DNA of 64,000 bases, taken from contig NIVC01000218.1 in assembly GCA_002269645.1 (NCBI GenBank), forward strand, positions 142,407-206,406, in the 5' to 3' direction. Origin of the DNA: Macrostomum lignano (lineage: Eukaryota). Both the position numbers and the translations under genes were made by a program. A model generated the notes under the pieces. The model did no database searches, was not told the DNA's origin, and saw only the letters and a list, made by a program, of their open reading frames with translations. Positions 40,356-64,000 of the stretch are shown one piece after another (position 1 is the stretch's first letter; the number at the start of each line of letters is the position of its first letter).

Positions 40356-43227
40356 CTGGAGCTATAAAATGCGCTCAAATTCTCAATCGCCGCTCATTCC
40401 CGATCCCCCCGTCCCACGCAGCGCGATGGCAGCTCTCAGACGTCGCCAAACCATCCGACATCGTCTGACGCGGCCACTGAGGCGGAGCTGCTGCCTCTGA
40501 CCTTAGCTGACCTGGCCGGCCCGCCGCTTGCTACAGGCTTGGCGTCCGGCGGCAGCAGCGTCGCGGGCCTCGACGACTCGCCTCAGTGCAACCTCAGCGC
40601 TGCCGCCGCTGCCCAAACTCTGCGCCAGCTGATGTCCCGCGTGCTGGCCAGCCAGACAGCCCTGCGCATCGCACTGGCCGACGAGGACGCCGCTGTCAGT
40701 GAGGTCGTTGACAAGGATGATGAACCAACTGTTCAACAGTTCAGCGCCGCCAACAACAATGGCACAGCCAATCTGGAGGGCGACACGGGAGAATCGAACC
40801 TCCAACGTCAGGTGGCCGACGTTCGATCGGCCGCTCGACTGCTGTGCCGACAATTGGCTGTCTTGTTTGGCGGTGAGTCTCGCCCTCTGTAGCTGGCGCC
40901 CCCTCTGTAGCTGGCGCCCCCTCTGTAGCTGGCGCCCCTCTCTGTAGCTGGCGCCCCTCTCTGTAGCTGGCGCCCCCTCTGTAGCTGGCGCCCCTCTCTG
41001 TAGCTGGCGCCCCTCTCTGTAGCTGGCGCCCCCTCTGTAGCTGGCGCCCCTCTCTGTAGCTGGCGCCCCCCTCTGTAGCTAGCGCCCCCCTCTGTAGCTG
41101 GCGCCCCCCTCTGTAGCTGGCGCCCCCCTCTGTAGCTGGCGCCTCCCTCTGCAGCTGGCGCCCCTTCTGTAGCTGGCGCCCCTCTCTGTAGCTGGCGCCC
41201 CCTCTGTAGCTGGCGCCCCCCCTCTGCAGCTGGCGCCCCCTTACTTGCCTACTAAAACAATTCACTGAAGTGAGTGTTACAAACAGTAGCTATTATTTTC
41301 CAATTACTCACCACAGAGCGATCCCCTCCATCTGTCGCGTCCTCAAGCGATTCCGACAACAAGCGCAGCCATCGCAAAGTAAATTTATTAGCCATCAATG
41401 CGTCAGTGCAGACTCTATCGTTTGAACGACTGCCGGAAGTTCAGCAACTATTGGAAGAATTGGCTAGACAAAGGTCTCGAGTTGAACAATTCACTGACGC
41501 TGTGGAGTCTCGGGCCGATGCCCTGGCTAAGGAGCGAGTTCAACCATTAGCCAGAGAGTTGGCTAAGAGCCTGGCTAAGGAGCAGGCGGAAGTGTTGGCT
41601 GTGCAGCGAGCCGAAGCCCTGGCCCGTCAGTGGTGCGAGTCTATGGCCAAAGATCGCGCCGAGATCATCGCCAGGGGACGAGCGGAGGTTCTGGCCGAAT
41701 CTATCGTGGCGGATAGGGCCGAATCTATTGCCAAGCGTAGAGCGGAAGTGCTGGCCAGGGAGAAGGCGGAAGTGATAGCTAGAGATCGGCTGGCTGTTCT
41801 AACGCGCGGTATGAATGACACTCTAGCTAGGGAGAAGGCCGAGTTTATGCAGAGAGCCGAGTCGCTTGTCAATGAAAAGGCGCAGTTATTGGGAGCGAAA
41901 TTGGCCAATAATATCGCTAAGGAGAGAGCGGAAGTGCTTGCTCAACAAAGAGCGGAAGTTCTTGCTCAACAAAGAGCGGAAGTGCTCGCTAATGAGAAAG
42001 CGGAAGTTCTTGCTCAACAAAGAGCGGAAGTGCTCGCCAATGAGAAAGCGGAAGTGCTTGCTCAACAAAGAGCGGAATTGCTTGCTCAGCAAAGAGTGGA
42101 AGTGCTTGCCAACGAGAAAGCGGAAGTTCTTGCTCAACAAAGAGCGGAAGTGCTTGCCAATGAGAAAGCGGAAGTTCTTGCTCAACAAAGAGCGGAAGTG
42201 CTCGCCAATGAGAAAGCGGAAGTTCTTGCTCAGCAAAGAGCGGAAGTGCTCGCCAATGAGAAAGCGGAAGTTCTTGCTCAGCAAAGAGCGGAAGTGCTTG
42301 CCAATGAGAAAGCGGAAGTTCTTGCTCAGCAAAGAGCGGAAGTGCTTGCCAATGAGAAAGCGGAAGTTCTTGCCCAACAAAGAGCGGAAGTGCTTGCCAA
42401 TGATAAAGCGGAAGTTCTTGCCCAACAAAGAGCGGAAGTGCTTGCCAATGAGAAAGCGGAAGTTCTTGCCCAACAAAGAGCGGAAGTGCTTGCCAATGAG
42501 AAAGCGGAAGTTCTTGCTCAACAAAGAGCGGAAGTGCTTGCCAATGAGAAAGCGGAAGTTCTTGCCCAACAAAGAGCGGAAGTGCTCGCCAATGAACGAG
42601 TTGACTCACTCGCTCGCGACCGGATCGAGGCGCTCGCTAAAGAGATGCTGGCCTCTTTTAATCGGTCGAAATCGTCCAGCAATTCGCCTCCGCCAGTCAC
42701 CGACAATCCCCAGCAGCGCTCGTCGCCGGAAGCTGACAGTAGCACCGATCGACATCGAGTTGAACGTCAGGCCAGACGGCTTCGCTCCGAGTTGGACACG
42801 TGGCGCGGCCTGGCGGAACGGTGGAAACTGGAGGCAGCCCAGTCAGATGATGCCAGAGCGGCTGCTCAGGCCCAGCTGGACAGTCTCCGAGCTGCATCTG
42901 AGCAGCTGCGACGTCAGGCTGCTGTTGCCTCATCAGCTAGCAAGGATCCAGACGCTTCCGCCGCTGTCAAGGCTGAGAACGAGCGACTCAAAAGCGAGCT
43001 AGTAGCGGCTGCAGCGTAAGCAGCTACTTTCTTGTACCGGCATTTAAGTACATAGGGCACTTTGTGCATACTTATGGTGTCTGATTTTTTATTTCAGTGA
43101 CGCTTTGAGCAGCCGAGAAGAAGCTCACAGGCTGCACGCAAAATTAGCTGCCGTGTCTGAGCAGTGCGAAGCGTTGCGGCTGCAGCTAGAAAGGTATATT
43201 TATCTGTTTCTGTCTGTCTATCTGTCT

Positions 43228-43289
<62 letters not shown>

Positions 43290-43302
43290 GTCTGTCTGTC
43301 GC

Positions 43303-43352
<50 letters not shown>

Positions 43353-43388
43353 TCTGTCTATCTATATATCTACCTATCTATCCATCTG

Positions 43389-43459
<71 letters not shown>

Positions 43460-43467
43460 GTCTATCT

Positions 43468-43532
<65 letters not shown>

Positions 43533-45366
43533 CTATCTATGTGTCAATCAAATCCCCAGATTCGATTCGGCCACCCCGGCCCGCCTGCTGTCGGCAATTG
43601 AGCAGCTGAACCACCGTCTCGCCGGCATCGCCCAGGCTGCCGACGCATTCGAAGCAGCGGCGGCTCAGGCCGCAGAATCTCCTGTCGCTTCCAGTCCCCG
43701 CTGCGCAGCCGCGGCCAAGACTGCGGCAGGCATCGGCAAGCTGATCAGCCGTGAGCAGTCGCGGCCGCCACCTACTCGTCCCCGTCACGTGAGCATCGAG
43801 CCGCTACGCCGTCCCAGCCCGATGTCCAGCCCCATGAGCCGAGACAGCGGCCTGTCACCTTCTGGCATCGGCCTGCCGCCCTCCGCCGCAGCCGCTGGTG
43901 TCGAGATGTACACCGGTGGCGATGACACATCCTGCTCATCTTCGCTGTCATCTTCCTCTGGTACGTCCACCTCGTCGGGCTCGTACTATTTCAGCCAGTC
44001 GCCATTGGCTCCGGTGCTAGTGGAGTCGTCAACTGCAGCATCGCCATCGAATTCTGGCGCCTCCGTAGCCTTGGCCCGCCTGCGAGCCGGCCTCACCGCC
44101 GCCGTGGTTGACACTGATCGGCTGGTTCGCCGATTGAGATGCATCGACGAAGCTACCGACCGTAAAATTTCTGGAGACAATAACAAGAATAATAAACGAA
44201 CTGCGGTTGATGCTACTGGCAGTAATAAAGTGACGATTGGATCGCAGACTGCTAATCAATATGGTGAGTTTCGCTCCTTGTTTTCTATGTTACGCAACAT
44301 ATCGGTAGTCTTGGATTTTTTATTGCTTTTTAAGATGCAAGAGTTCGTCTGATTCTATTAAAAGTATAATAGAATGTGTTTTAATAATATAACAATAGAA
44401 AGTGCTTTGCTCCTCTGTGTATGTGGAAAATGATGCTTTGTCTTTATTGTTGCACAGCATATCGGTAGTTTTGGGTTTTATGCAATTGACTCTACAAAAT
44501 TTTAGTTATTGTACTACAGTTGGAATGCAAAATAGACGTGGATAGGAATGCAATTAAAAAATTCCCCTTTTTTATTTTTTGTGGTCGTAAAACAGTGATT
44601 TGTTTTTTGTTATGCGCAAAATATCGGCAGTCGGGCGTTTTTTCAAACTTAAACGTTTAAACCGTGCAAGAGTTCGGATATATTGTTGAGAGTATTAATG
44701 AAAATTTTATTGAATTTTTGAACCGGATTATATGAACTTCTGCAGTTTCCAGTTTTGATCTACTAATAAGCCATAAATCATATCGCTTATCAATACTCTC
44801 GTAGCTACAAAGTCTACCTATGGCAGCAACAACGGCAGCAGTAACATGCTGTGGCTTTACTATCAACGTCTGCCTGACACCCTGAGTAAAGTGTCACCCT
44901 CCGTAGTTGACAGCAGTAGCCCACGTTGCCGCTGCTGTCAATGGAAAAATGCTACTCAATGTTATACTACTGTTAAAGGTATATATATGAGTAGTATAGA
45001 AAAAGTTCAATGTAGAATCTGCTGGCTGTTGTGCAAACTACTGATAGTAATATGTAGCAACTTTTTAGCTTTTTTTCTCTACCAAAGCTTTCGTGTATTT
45101 ACCCTTACTGATTTTGATTAGTGTAAGGACATGGTGAACTTACTATTGTCTTTTGTACTTATACATGACTTTAGTATGTAAGGACTGCTTGTCGTGTCTT
45201 TCCTTCGAGCTAAATTGCTGGATTTCTGGCCCCTTATTTACTGATTCTAGCTTTGGCTTTCGGTGTTTTGCCTGCTCAAAAGTCGCATGAGCGATTGTAC
45301 ATACAGTGGCTAACCTTAGTTTAAGTTGCTTGCGTGTGTGTGTGTCTGTCTGTCTGTCTGTCTTGG

Positions 45367-45415
<49 letters not shown>

Positions 45416-45455
45416 GCCTGTCTGTCTATCTGCCTGTCTTGGTGTCTGTCTGTCG

Positions 45456-45501
<46 letters not shown>

Positions 45502-45986
45502 GTCTGTCTGTGTCTGTCTGTCTGTCTGCCTGTCTGTCTGTCAGCCAATCGGACTACCTATTCATACGCCTATCTGTCATAAATTGGCACTCTAGTGTTG
45601 CAATAATCATTTAACCCAAACTCTCCCGTCTCCTAGAAGCATCGCATAGAAATCAGAAGCAGCAGCAGCAGAAGCCACATCATCACCAGCCTTCCAACTG
45701 CCGCAGCGCAGATTTCTACCGCCTCAGCTGTGTCGGCCGCCTCGAAGACCTGGAGCTGCTCAAACGGCAGAATCGCGAGTGCTGCGCCGAGCTGAACTCC
45801 GCCCTGCTGCGCATCGACAACCGCCTGCGGCACTACGCCAGCCAGTCGGTGCTGCACAGGGCTCAGAGCGCCGATTACAATTTGTTGCGCTCGCTAAGAC
45901 GCGAATTAGCGGCGTTGCAGTGCTACTCAGAGCAGCGCAAAGCCATGCTTGATAGGTTCAGTGTTCGAGAGCTGCGGGACGACTGA
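37000..45986 (+). CDS. Centrosomin/CDK5RAP2/myomegalin-family coiled-coil protein with CM1 (gamma-TuNA) motif, 10 exons, about 1392 aa
   Basis: Exons 37000-37224, 38133-38246, 39141-39281, 39755-39979, 40422-40872, 41317-43015, 43098-43193, 43560-44263, 44805-44978, 45637-45986; all GT-AG and phase-consistent, total 4179 nt. The exon 1/2 junction gives LQHAVE|[23 protein letters not shown], matching the CM1 pattern L.xENFxL(K/R)L.xY.L.E. The start codon is uncertain. Confidence 0.75.
37320..38070. repeat. 32-bp intronic minisatellite
   Basis: GATTGAGTCATAGACAGTTTCAGTTGTTGCCA units. Confidence 0.95.
38600..39045. repeat. 20-bp pyrimidine-rich intronic minisatellite
   Basis: GTCTTCCCATCTCCCCTCCT units. 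Confidence 0.95.
39345..39660. repeat. 34-bp intronic minisatellite
   Basis: CACACCTGAAGCTCCAATGAGTAGCTGATGAGGC units. Confidence 0.95.
40885..41240. repeat. 19-21-bp intronic minisatellite (CTCTGTAGCTGGCGCCCC)
   Basis: Starts immediately after the donor at 40873. Confidence 0.95.
41928..42599 (+). repeat. Exonic 24-bp (8-aa) tandem repeat, 28 units, [16 protein letters not shown]
   Basis: Lies in frame inside exon 41317-43015, with a 48-bp higher-order period and synonymous variation between units. Confidence 0.9.
43200..43540. repeat. (TCTG)n/(TCTA)n compound microsatellite filling an intron
   Basis: Similar (TCTG)n tracts at 40308-40340 and 45335-45545. Confidence 0.97.
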
Positions 45987-46179
45987 CTGGACAGGTTCTG
46001 AGGTGCTGTGAGCTGTGCAAGTGTACCTGTGTATTTTAAGTGCAGAGTAATGTTGATGACGGTCTTTAAAGTGATTAATTAGGATTGGTTGATAGAATAT
46101 ATGGTGCTCGTATGATATTGAAAGTTTGGATAGTGTAAAATGCAAAGGGAGACTTGCATAGGTTGGATGGGATGGGATC

Positions 46180-47240
46180 AGAAATCAGAGGGTGAAATCA
46201 GAAATCAGAGGGGATTAGATCAGAAATCAGAAAGGGTGAGATCAGAAATCAGAGAGGATGAGCTCAGAAATCAGAGGGGATGAGATCAGAAATCAGAGAG
46301 GATGAGATCAGAAATCAGAGAGGATGAGATCAGAAATCAGAGAGGATGAGATCAGAAATCAAAGAGGATGAGATCAGAAATCAAAGAGGATGAAATCAGA
46401 AATCAGAGAGGGTGAGATCAGAAATCAGAGAGGGTGAGATCAGAAATCAGAGAGGGTGAGATCAGAAATCAGAGAGGGTGAGATCAGAAATCAGATAGAG
46501 TGAGATCAGAAATCAGATAGAGTGAGATCAGAAATCAGAGAGGGTGAGATTAAAAATCAGAGATGATGACATCAGAAATCAGAGAGTGAGATCGGAAATC
46601 AGAGAGGGTGAGATCAGAAATCAGAGAGGTGAGATTAGAAATCAGAGAGGGTGAGATTAGAAATCAGAGATGATGACATCAGAAATCAGAGAGTGAGATC
46701 GGAAATCAGAGAGGGTGAGATTAGAAATCAGAGAGGGTGAGATCAGAAATCAGAGAGAGTGAGATCAGAAATCAGAGAGGGTGAGATCAGAAATCAGAGA
46801 GGGTGAGATCAGAAATCAGATAGGTGAGATCAGAAATCAGAGAGGTGAGATTAGAAATCAGAGAGGGTGAGATCAGAAATCAGAGAGGGTGAGATCAGAA
46901 ATCAGAGAGGGTGAGATTAGAAATCAGATAGGGTGAGATCAGAAATCAGAGAGGGTGAGATCAGAAATCAGAGAGGGTGAGATCAGAAATCAGATAGGTG
47001 AGATCAGAAATCAGAGAGGGTGAGATTAGAAATCAGAGAGGGTGAGATCAGAAATCAGAGAGGGTGAGATCAGAAATCAGAGAGGGTGAGATTAGAAATC
47101 AGATAGGGTGAGATCAGAAATCAGAGAGGGTGAGATCAGAAATCAGAGAGGGTGAGATCAGAAATCAGACGGTGAGATCAGAAATCAGATAGGGTGAGAT
47201 CAGAAATCAGAGAGGGTGAGATCAGAAATCAGAGATGATG
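46180..47240. repeat. 21-22-bp minisatellite (GAGATCAGAAATCAGAGAGGGT)
   Basis: Tandem array 3' of the centrosomin-like CDS. Confidence 0.95.
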
Positions 47241-48679
47241 AGATCAGAAATCAGAGGGAAGATTGTAAGCGGTTATGTTACAAATAAGCTGCGTCTGTCA
47301 GTAAACAGTTTAATTACCAAAATTGCATGATACATTACTTATCGTTTGACTTCGACTTCTTCAATGTTTTTTAATTTTCAGGTAGCGTCAGTGTAAAATG
47401 CAATTTCTGAGCATCTCGGAATGGACGCCGATTTGAATTGGCAAACAGTGCATTCTATTCTGTATTAATATATTTTGTTCTGTACAAAAAATACTGCAAT
47501 ATTCGAATCGTCTACTGCTAGTAGAAAGCACGTGCGCTTTTTTGCATTAGTTCTTTTTGCGTCCTAATTTTTATTTTAATCGACGCCTACAATAATAATT
47601 TAAAAAATAATCCAATAAATGCTGCTGAAGTATTAACCTTTTCCCTAATATTTATCTAACCAGCCAAATTATTCTTTTTCTTTAATCATGGCATAGAATA
47701 TTTTTATAAACTTTTTTTCTGCCTAGTAATTAATAAGTCAAATTTAATCAGGCAAAGTATTATTAACAATGGTAAATAGTTTCAGTAGTATTATTATTAT
47801 TAATAAGTTTATGTCAAAGTAGTATGTTTCGCATTTTGCTGAAAATTTAATATTGCAAACTTTGTAAACACTGAATTCTTCATGTTGGGAGCTGCGTATG
47901 GTCAACTTTTGTGTTACTTTAAAATATTAATACACGTTAAATAAACTGCTGATTGTAAAATATTATGTTGTAAATCTCTGGCTTGACGTTTTTTGCTGCT
48001 GTTTTTGTTCTACATTTTCTGAGTTTATGCATCTGGCCTGATGTACTTTTGATCCCAGCTCACCTCTTGTTTATCCCATCTGACCTCTTATTTATCCCAG
48101 CTCACCCCGTGTCTATCTAATCTCGTTCCCTTGTCTATTTATTATACTCCATCCTGCATCAAATCTCACTGCTAGATTTATTTAATCTCAAATATATATA
48201 ATCTCGCCCCTAATCTAATCTCATATCAGTTTCAATTTTGTTGCAGAATAATAGCAGCTTATTTTTCATCTAGTCTCACCCTTAATCTTAAAATCTTCAA
48301 TAGTTATACAACTCTCGTACTTTGACAGCCTGTATTATAATTGTAAAAATCCTTATAATAATAATAGGATTTTTTATAACAGCTCAATAATCTCGCATTT
48401 TTACTCCCTTGTTAAGCGCAAGCGGTTAATACTATAACTCAATGCTTTTTAATTATGTTGTAATTGTTTGTCAATGCAAAATAGAGACGTTTATTAAGCG
48501 CAGTACAAGTTAGGCTGGCTATGTTTTCAGTTACGTTTTTTGTTGGCCTGTAGGTATGCGCATTGATGAAGTTCTGCCTAAATTTCAATGACACCTTTTC
48601 ATTTTCATTAGATTGGTTTTTATTCGGGGAAAGGCGCCGTTTCGTCTAAAGAGGGTGCCATTTCTTTTTAGCAGCAAGT

Positions 48680-50260
48680 GATAAAGGGAGCGCCAAAGCT
48701 ACTGATAACGCGGGCGCCAAAGCTACTGATAAATGAGCGCCAAAGCTACTGATAAAGGGAGCGCCAAAGCTACTGATAAAGGGAGCGCCTAAACTACTGA
48801 TAAATGAGCGGCAAAGCTACTGATAAAGGGAGCGCCTAAACTACTGATAAATGAGCGGCAAAGCTACTGATAAAGCGGGCGCCAAAGCTACTGATAAATG
48901 AGCGGCAAAGCTACTGATAAAGCGGGCGCCTAAACTACTGATAAATGAGCGGCAAAGCTACTGATAAAGCGGGCGCCTAAACTACTGATAAATGAGCGGC
49001 AAAGCTACTGATAAAGGGAGCGCCTAAACTACTGATAAATGAGCGGCAAAGCTACTGATAAAGCGGGCGCCTAAACTACTGATAAATGAGCGGCAAAGCT
49101 ACTGATAAAGGGAGCGGCAAAGCTACTGATAAAGGGAGCGCCAAAGCTACTGATAAAGCGGGCGCCTAAACTACTGATAAATGAGCGGCAAAGCTACTGA
49201 TAAAGGGAGCGCCTAAACTACTGATAAATGAGCGGCAAAGCTACTGATAAAGCGGGCGCCTAAACTACTGATAAATGAGCGGCAAAGCTACTGATAAAGC
49301 GGGCGCCAAAGCTACTGATAAATGAGCGGCAAAGCTACTGATAAAGGGAGCGCCTAAACTACTGATAAATGAGCGGCAAAGCTACTGATAAAGCGGGCGC
49401 CTAAACTACTGATAAATGAGCGGCAAAGCTACTGATAAAGGGAGCGGCAAAGCTACTGATAAAGGGAGCGCCAAAGCTACTGATAAAGGGAGCGCCTAAA
49501 CTACTGATAAATGAGCGGCAAAGCTACTGATAAAGCGGGCGCCAAAGCTACTGATAAATGAGCGGCAAAGCTACTGATAAAGGGAGCGCCTAAACTACTG
49601 ATAAATTAGCGGCAAAGCTACTGATAAAGCGGGCGCCAAAGCTACTGATAAATGAGCGGCAAAGCTACTGATAAAGGGAGCGCCTAAACTACTGATAAAT
49701 GAGCGGCAAAGCTACTGATAAAGCGGGCGCCTAAACTACTGATAAATGAGCGGCAAAGCTACTGATAAAGCGGGCGCCTAAACTACTGATAAATGAGCGG
49801 CAAAGCTACTGATAAAGCGGGCGCCAAAGCTACTGATAAATGAGCGGCAAAGCTACTGATAAAGGGAGCGCCAAAGCTACTTATAAAGGGAGCGCCAAAG
49901 CTACTGATAAAGGGAGCGCCAAAGCTACTGATAAAGGGAGCGGCAAAGCTACTGATAAATGAGCGCCAAAGCTACTGATAAAGGGAGCGCCTAAACTACT
50001 GATAAATGAGCGCCAAAGCTACTGATAAAGCGGGCGCCAAAGCTACTGATAAAGGGAGCGCCAAAGCTACTGATAAAGGGAGCGCCAAAGCTACTGATAA
50101 AGGGAGCGGCAAAGCTACTGATAAATGAGCGCCAAAGCTACTGATAAAGGGAGCGCCTAAACTACTGATAAATGAGCGCCAAAGCTACTGATAAAGCGGG
50201 CGCCAAAGCTACTGATAAAGGGAGCGCCAAAGCTACTGATAAAGGGGGCGCCAAAGCTAC
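48680..50260. repeat. 24-bp minisatellite (GCGCCAAAGCTACTGATAAAGGGA)
   Basis: About 65 units with alternating variants. Confidence 0.97.
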
Positions 50261-50820
50261 TGAAAGATTGGCGCTGAATCCACTGAGAAAAAAGCGGGCG
50301 CCAAATTTCAGGTGCGGGAATAAACTAATCATGGAGCAATTGTTGGCGTCACCGTTTGCTGTCATTGCAGGTTAAGAATTCACAGGATTAGCTTTAGCCA
50401 ACGCCCATCGCAGAGAAAATGTAAAATACTTCTGACTCATCGTCCTGACACTGCTGTGAGTTTACCTTGTCATCAAGCTCATCAAGGATATTCCATTGTA
50501 GAAGTTATAGAGTCCCGCACCCAGAAGACTAAGGGCGTTGTCCCAATCGGCAGTCTCCGGTTGAGTTGACCCTTACTACTTAATAATTAATTAAAACAGG
50601 AACTCTCCTTCGGTGGGACAGTTCTAAGTATACGGAGTTTCAGGCTTGGACACAATGCAATAAAGTTGGCAGTCTGGCACTCGCTGCAGTTCCAACCACA
50701 GCAGGCCTCGGTATATAAGCAAACCAGCTTGGGCGGAAAAGCTGTTGTATGTTTTACTCAACAATAGTTAAAAACTTTGTCGGTTCTCTCTGTTATATTA
50801 TTTCATAATCATTATACCGC

Positions 50821-63354
<12,534 letters not shown>

Positions 63355-64000
63355 GTACAGAAGGAAATTTACTGTCGGCTTTTTATAACAAACACAATAA
63401 ATTTTATTCTCCGACATTGCTTATAATTTAGCTAGATACATGTATAGCAAGTTTAGAACTTTTAATATTTTCAAGATTTAGCACTTTCTTAGAAATAAAA
63501 AGTCTTGTATAAAATTTGCTTTCTTAGAAAATTTCTTCTAATAGCTTTTCTAAGAAATAAAGCATACGCTTCTAAGGAACTTCAAGAAAATCTGGTTCAG
63601 TCATTTATTACTTTTCATTTTAACTTGCACTTATCATTTTTTAAAATTGCATTTTTTGTTTTAACCTTTGAGCAAAGCAAAAGTGAGTTGTATTGGGGTC
63701 TCCCTAAAACACGCCCCGCACCGCCCAGCAGCGCTACACATTAAAACAAATTGGACTATAACTGAAGACACTAAAAAATGCGTTTTCTGTTAAGCTTCAA
63801 AGTTTTTAATAAATTTAGTTTCTTTAATTTGAAATATAAAATTCGGTGAATAATAAGTGATATTAATAATAATATTAATAAAATAATAATAAAATAATAT
63901 TAATAATAAGATAATTTAATAATGAAAACGAGAATATAAAAAATTATAATAATATTTATAATAATAATTAAAGATATTTATTCCATTACTCTTACAACAA

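Overview
Intron-rich eukaryotic (animal) genomic DNA. AT-rich intergenic DNA, GC-rich exons, minisatellite-filled introns and an RTE-type LINE suggest a free-living flatworm of the Macrostomum type (inference only). Gene models, built by hand from GT-AG junctions with consistent phases: (1) coronin on the minus strand with two candidate alternative last exons; (2) a two-exon K50 paired-class homeobox gene; (3) a secreted Cys-rich orphan; (4) three near-identical two-exon genes for a 76-aa secreted, cationic, 8-Cys peptide resembling fungal CBM52 beta-1,3-glucan-binding modules, none of which appears in the supplied ORF track in the correct frame; (5) a 10-exon centrosomin/CDK5RAP2/myomegalin-like gene with a CM1 motif and an exonic 8-aa repeat; (6) a long coiled-coil gene running off the right edge, with an intronless secreted PAN+LamG gene nested antisense in one intron. 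Mobile and other DNA: a decayed RTE-like LINE with a probable TSD, three tRNA-derived CORE-SINEs, a 2.6-kb non-autonomous Helitron-like element, a Penelope-type minimal hammerhead motif, a 28S rRNA fragment spanning the R2 target site, and more than 20 tandem repeat arrays. The strongest candidate for an undescribed system is the triplicated CBM52-like peptide locus (about 25.0-32.3 kb), with its inverted duplication and E-box promoter arrays.
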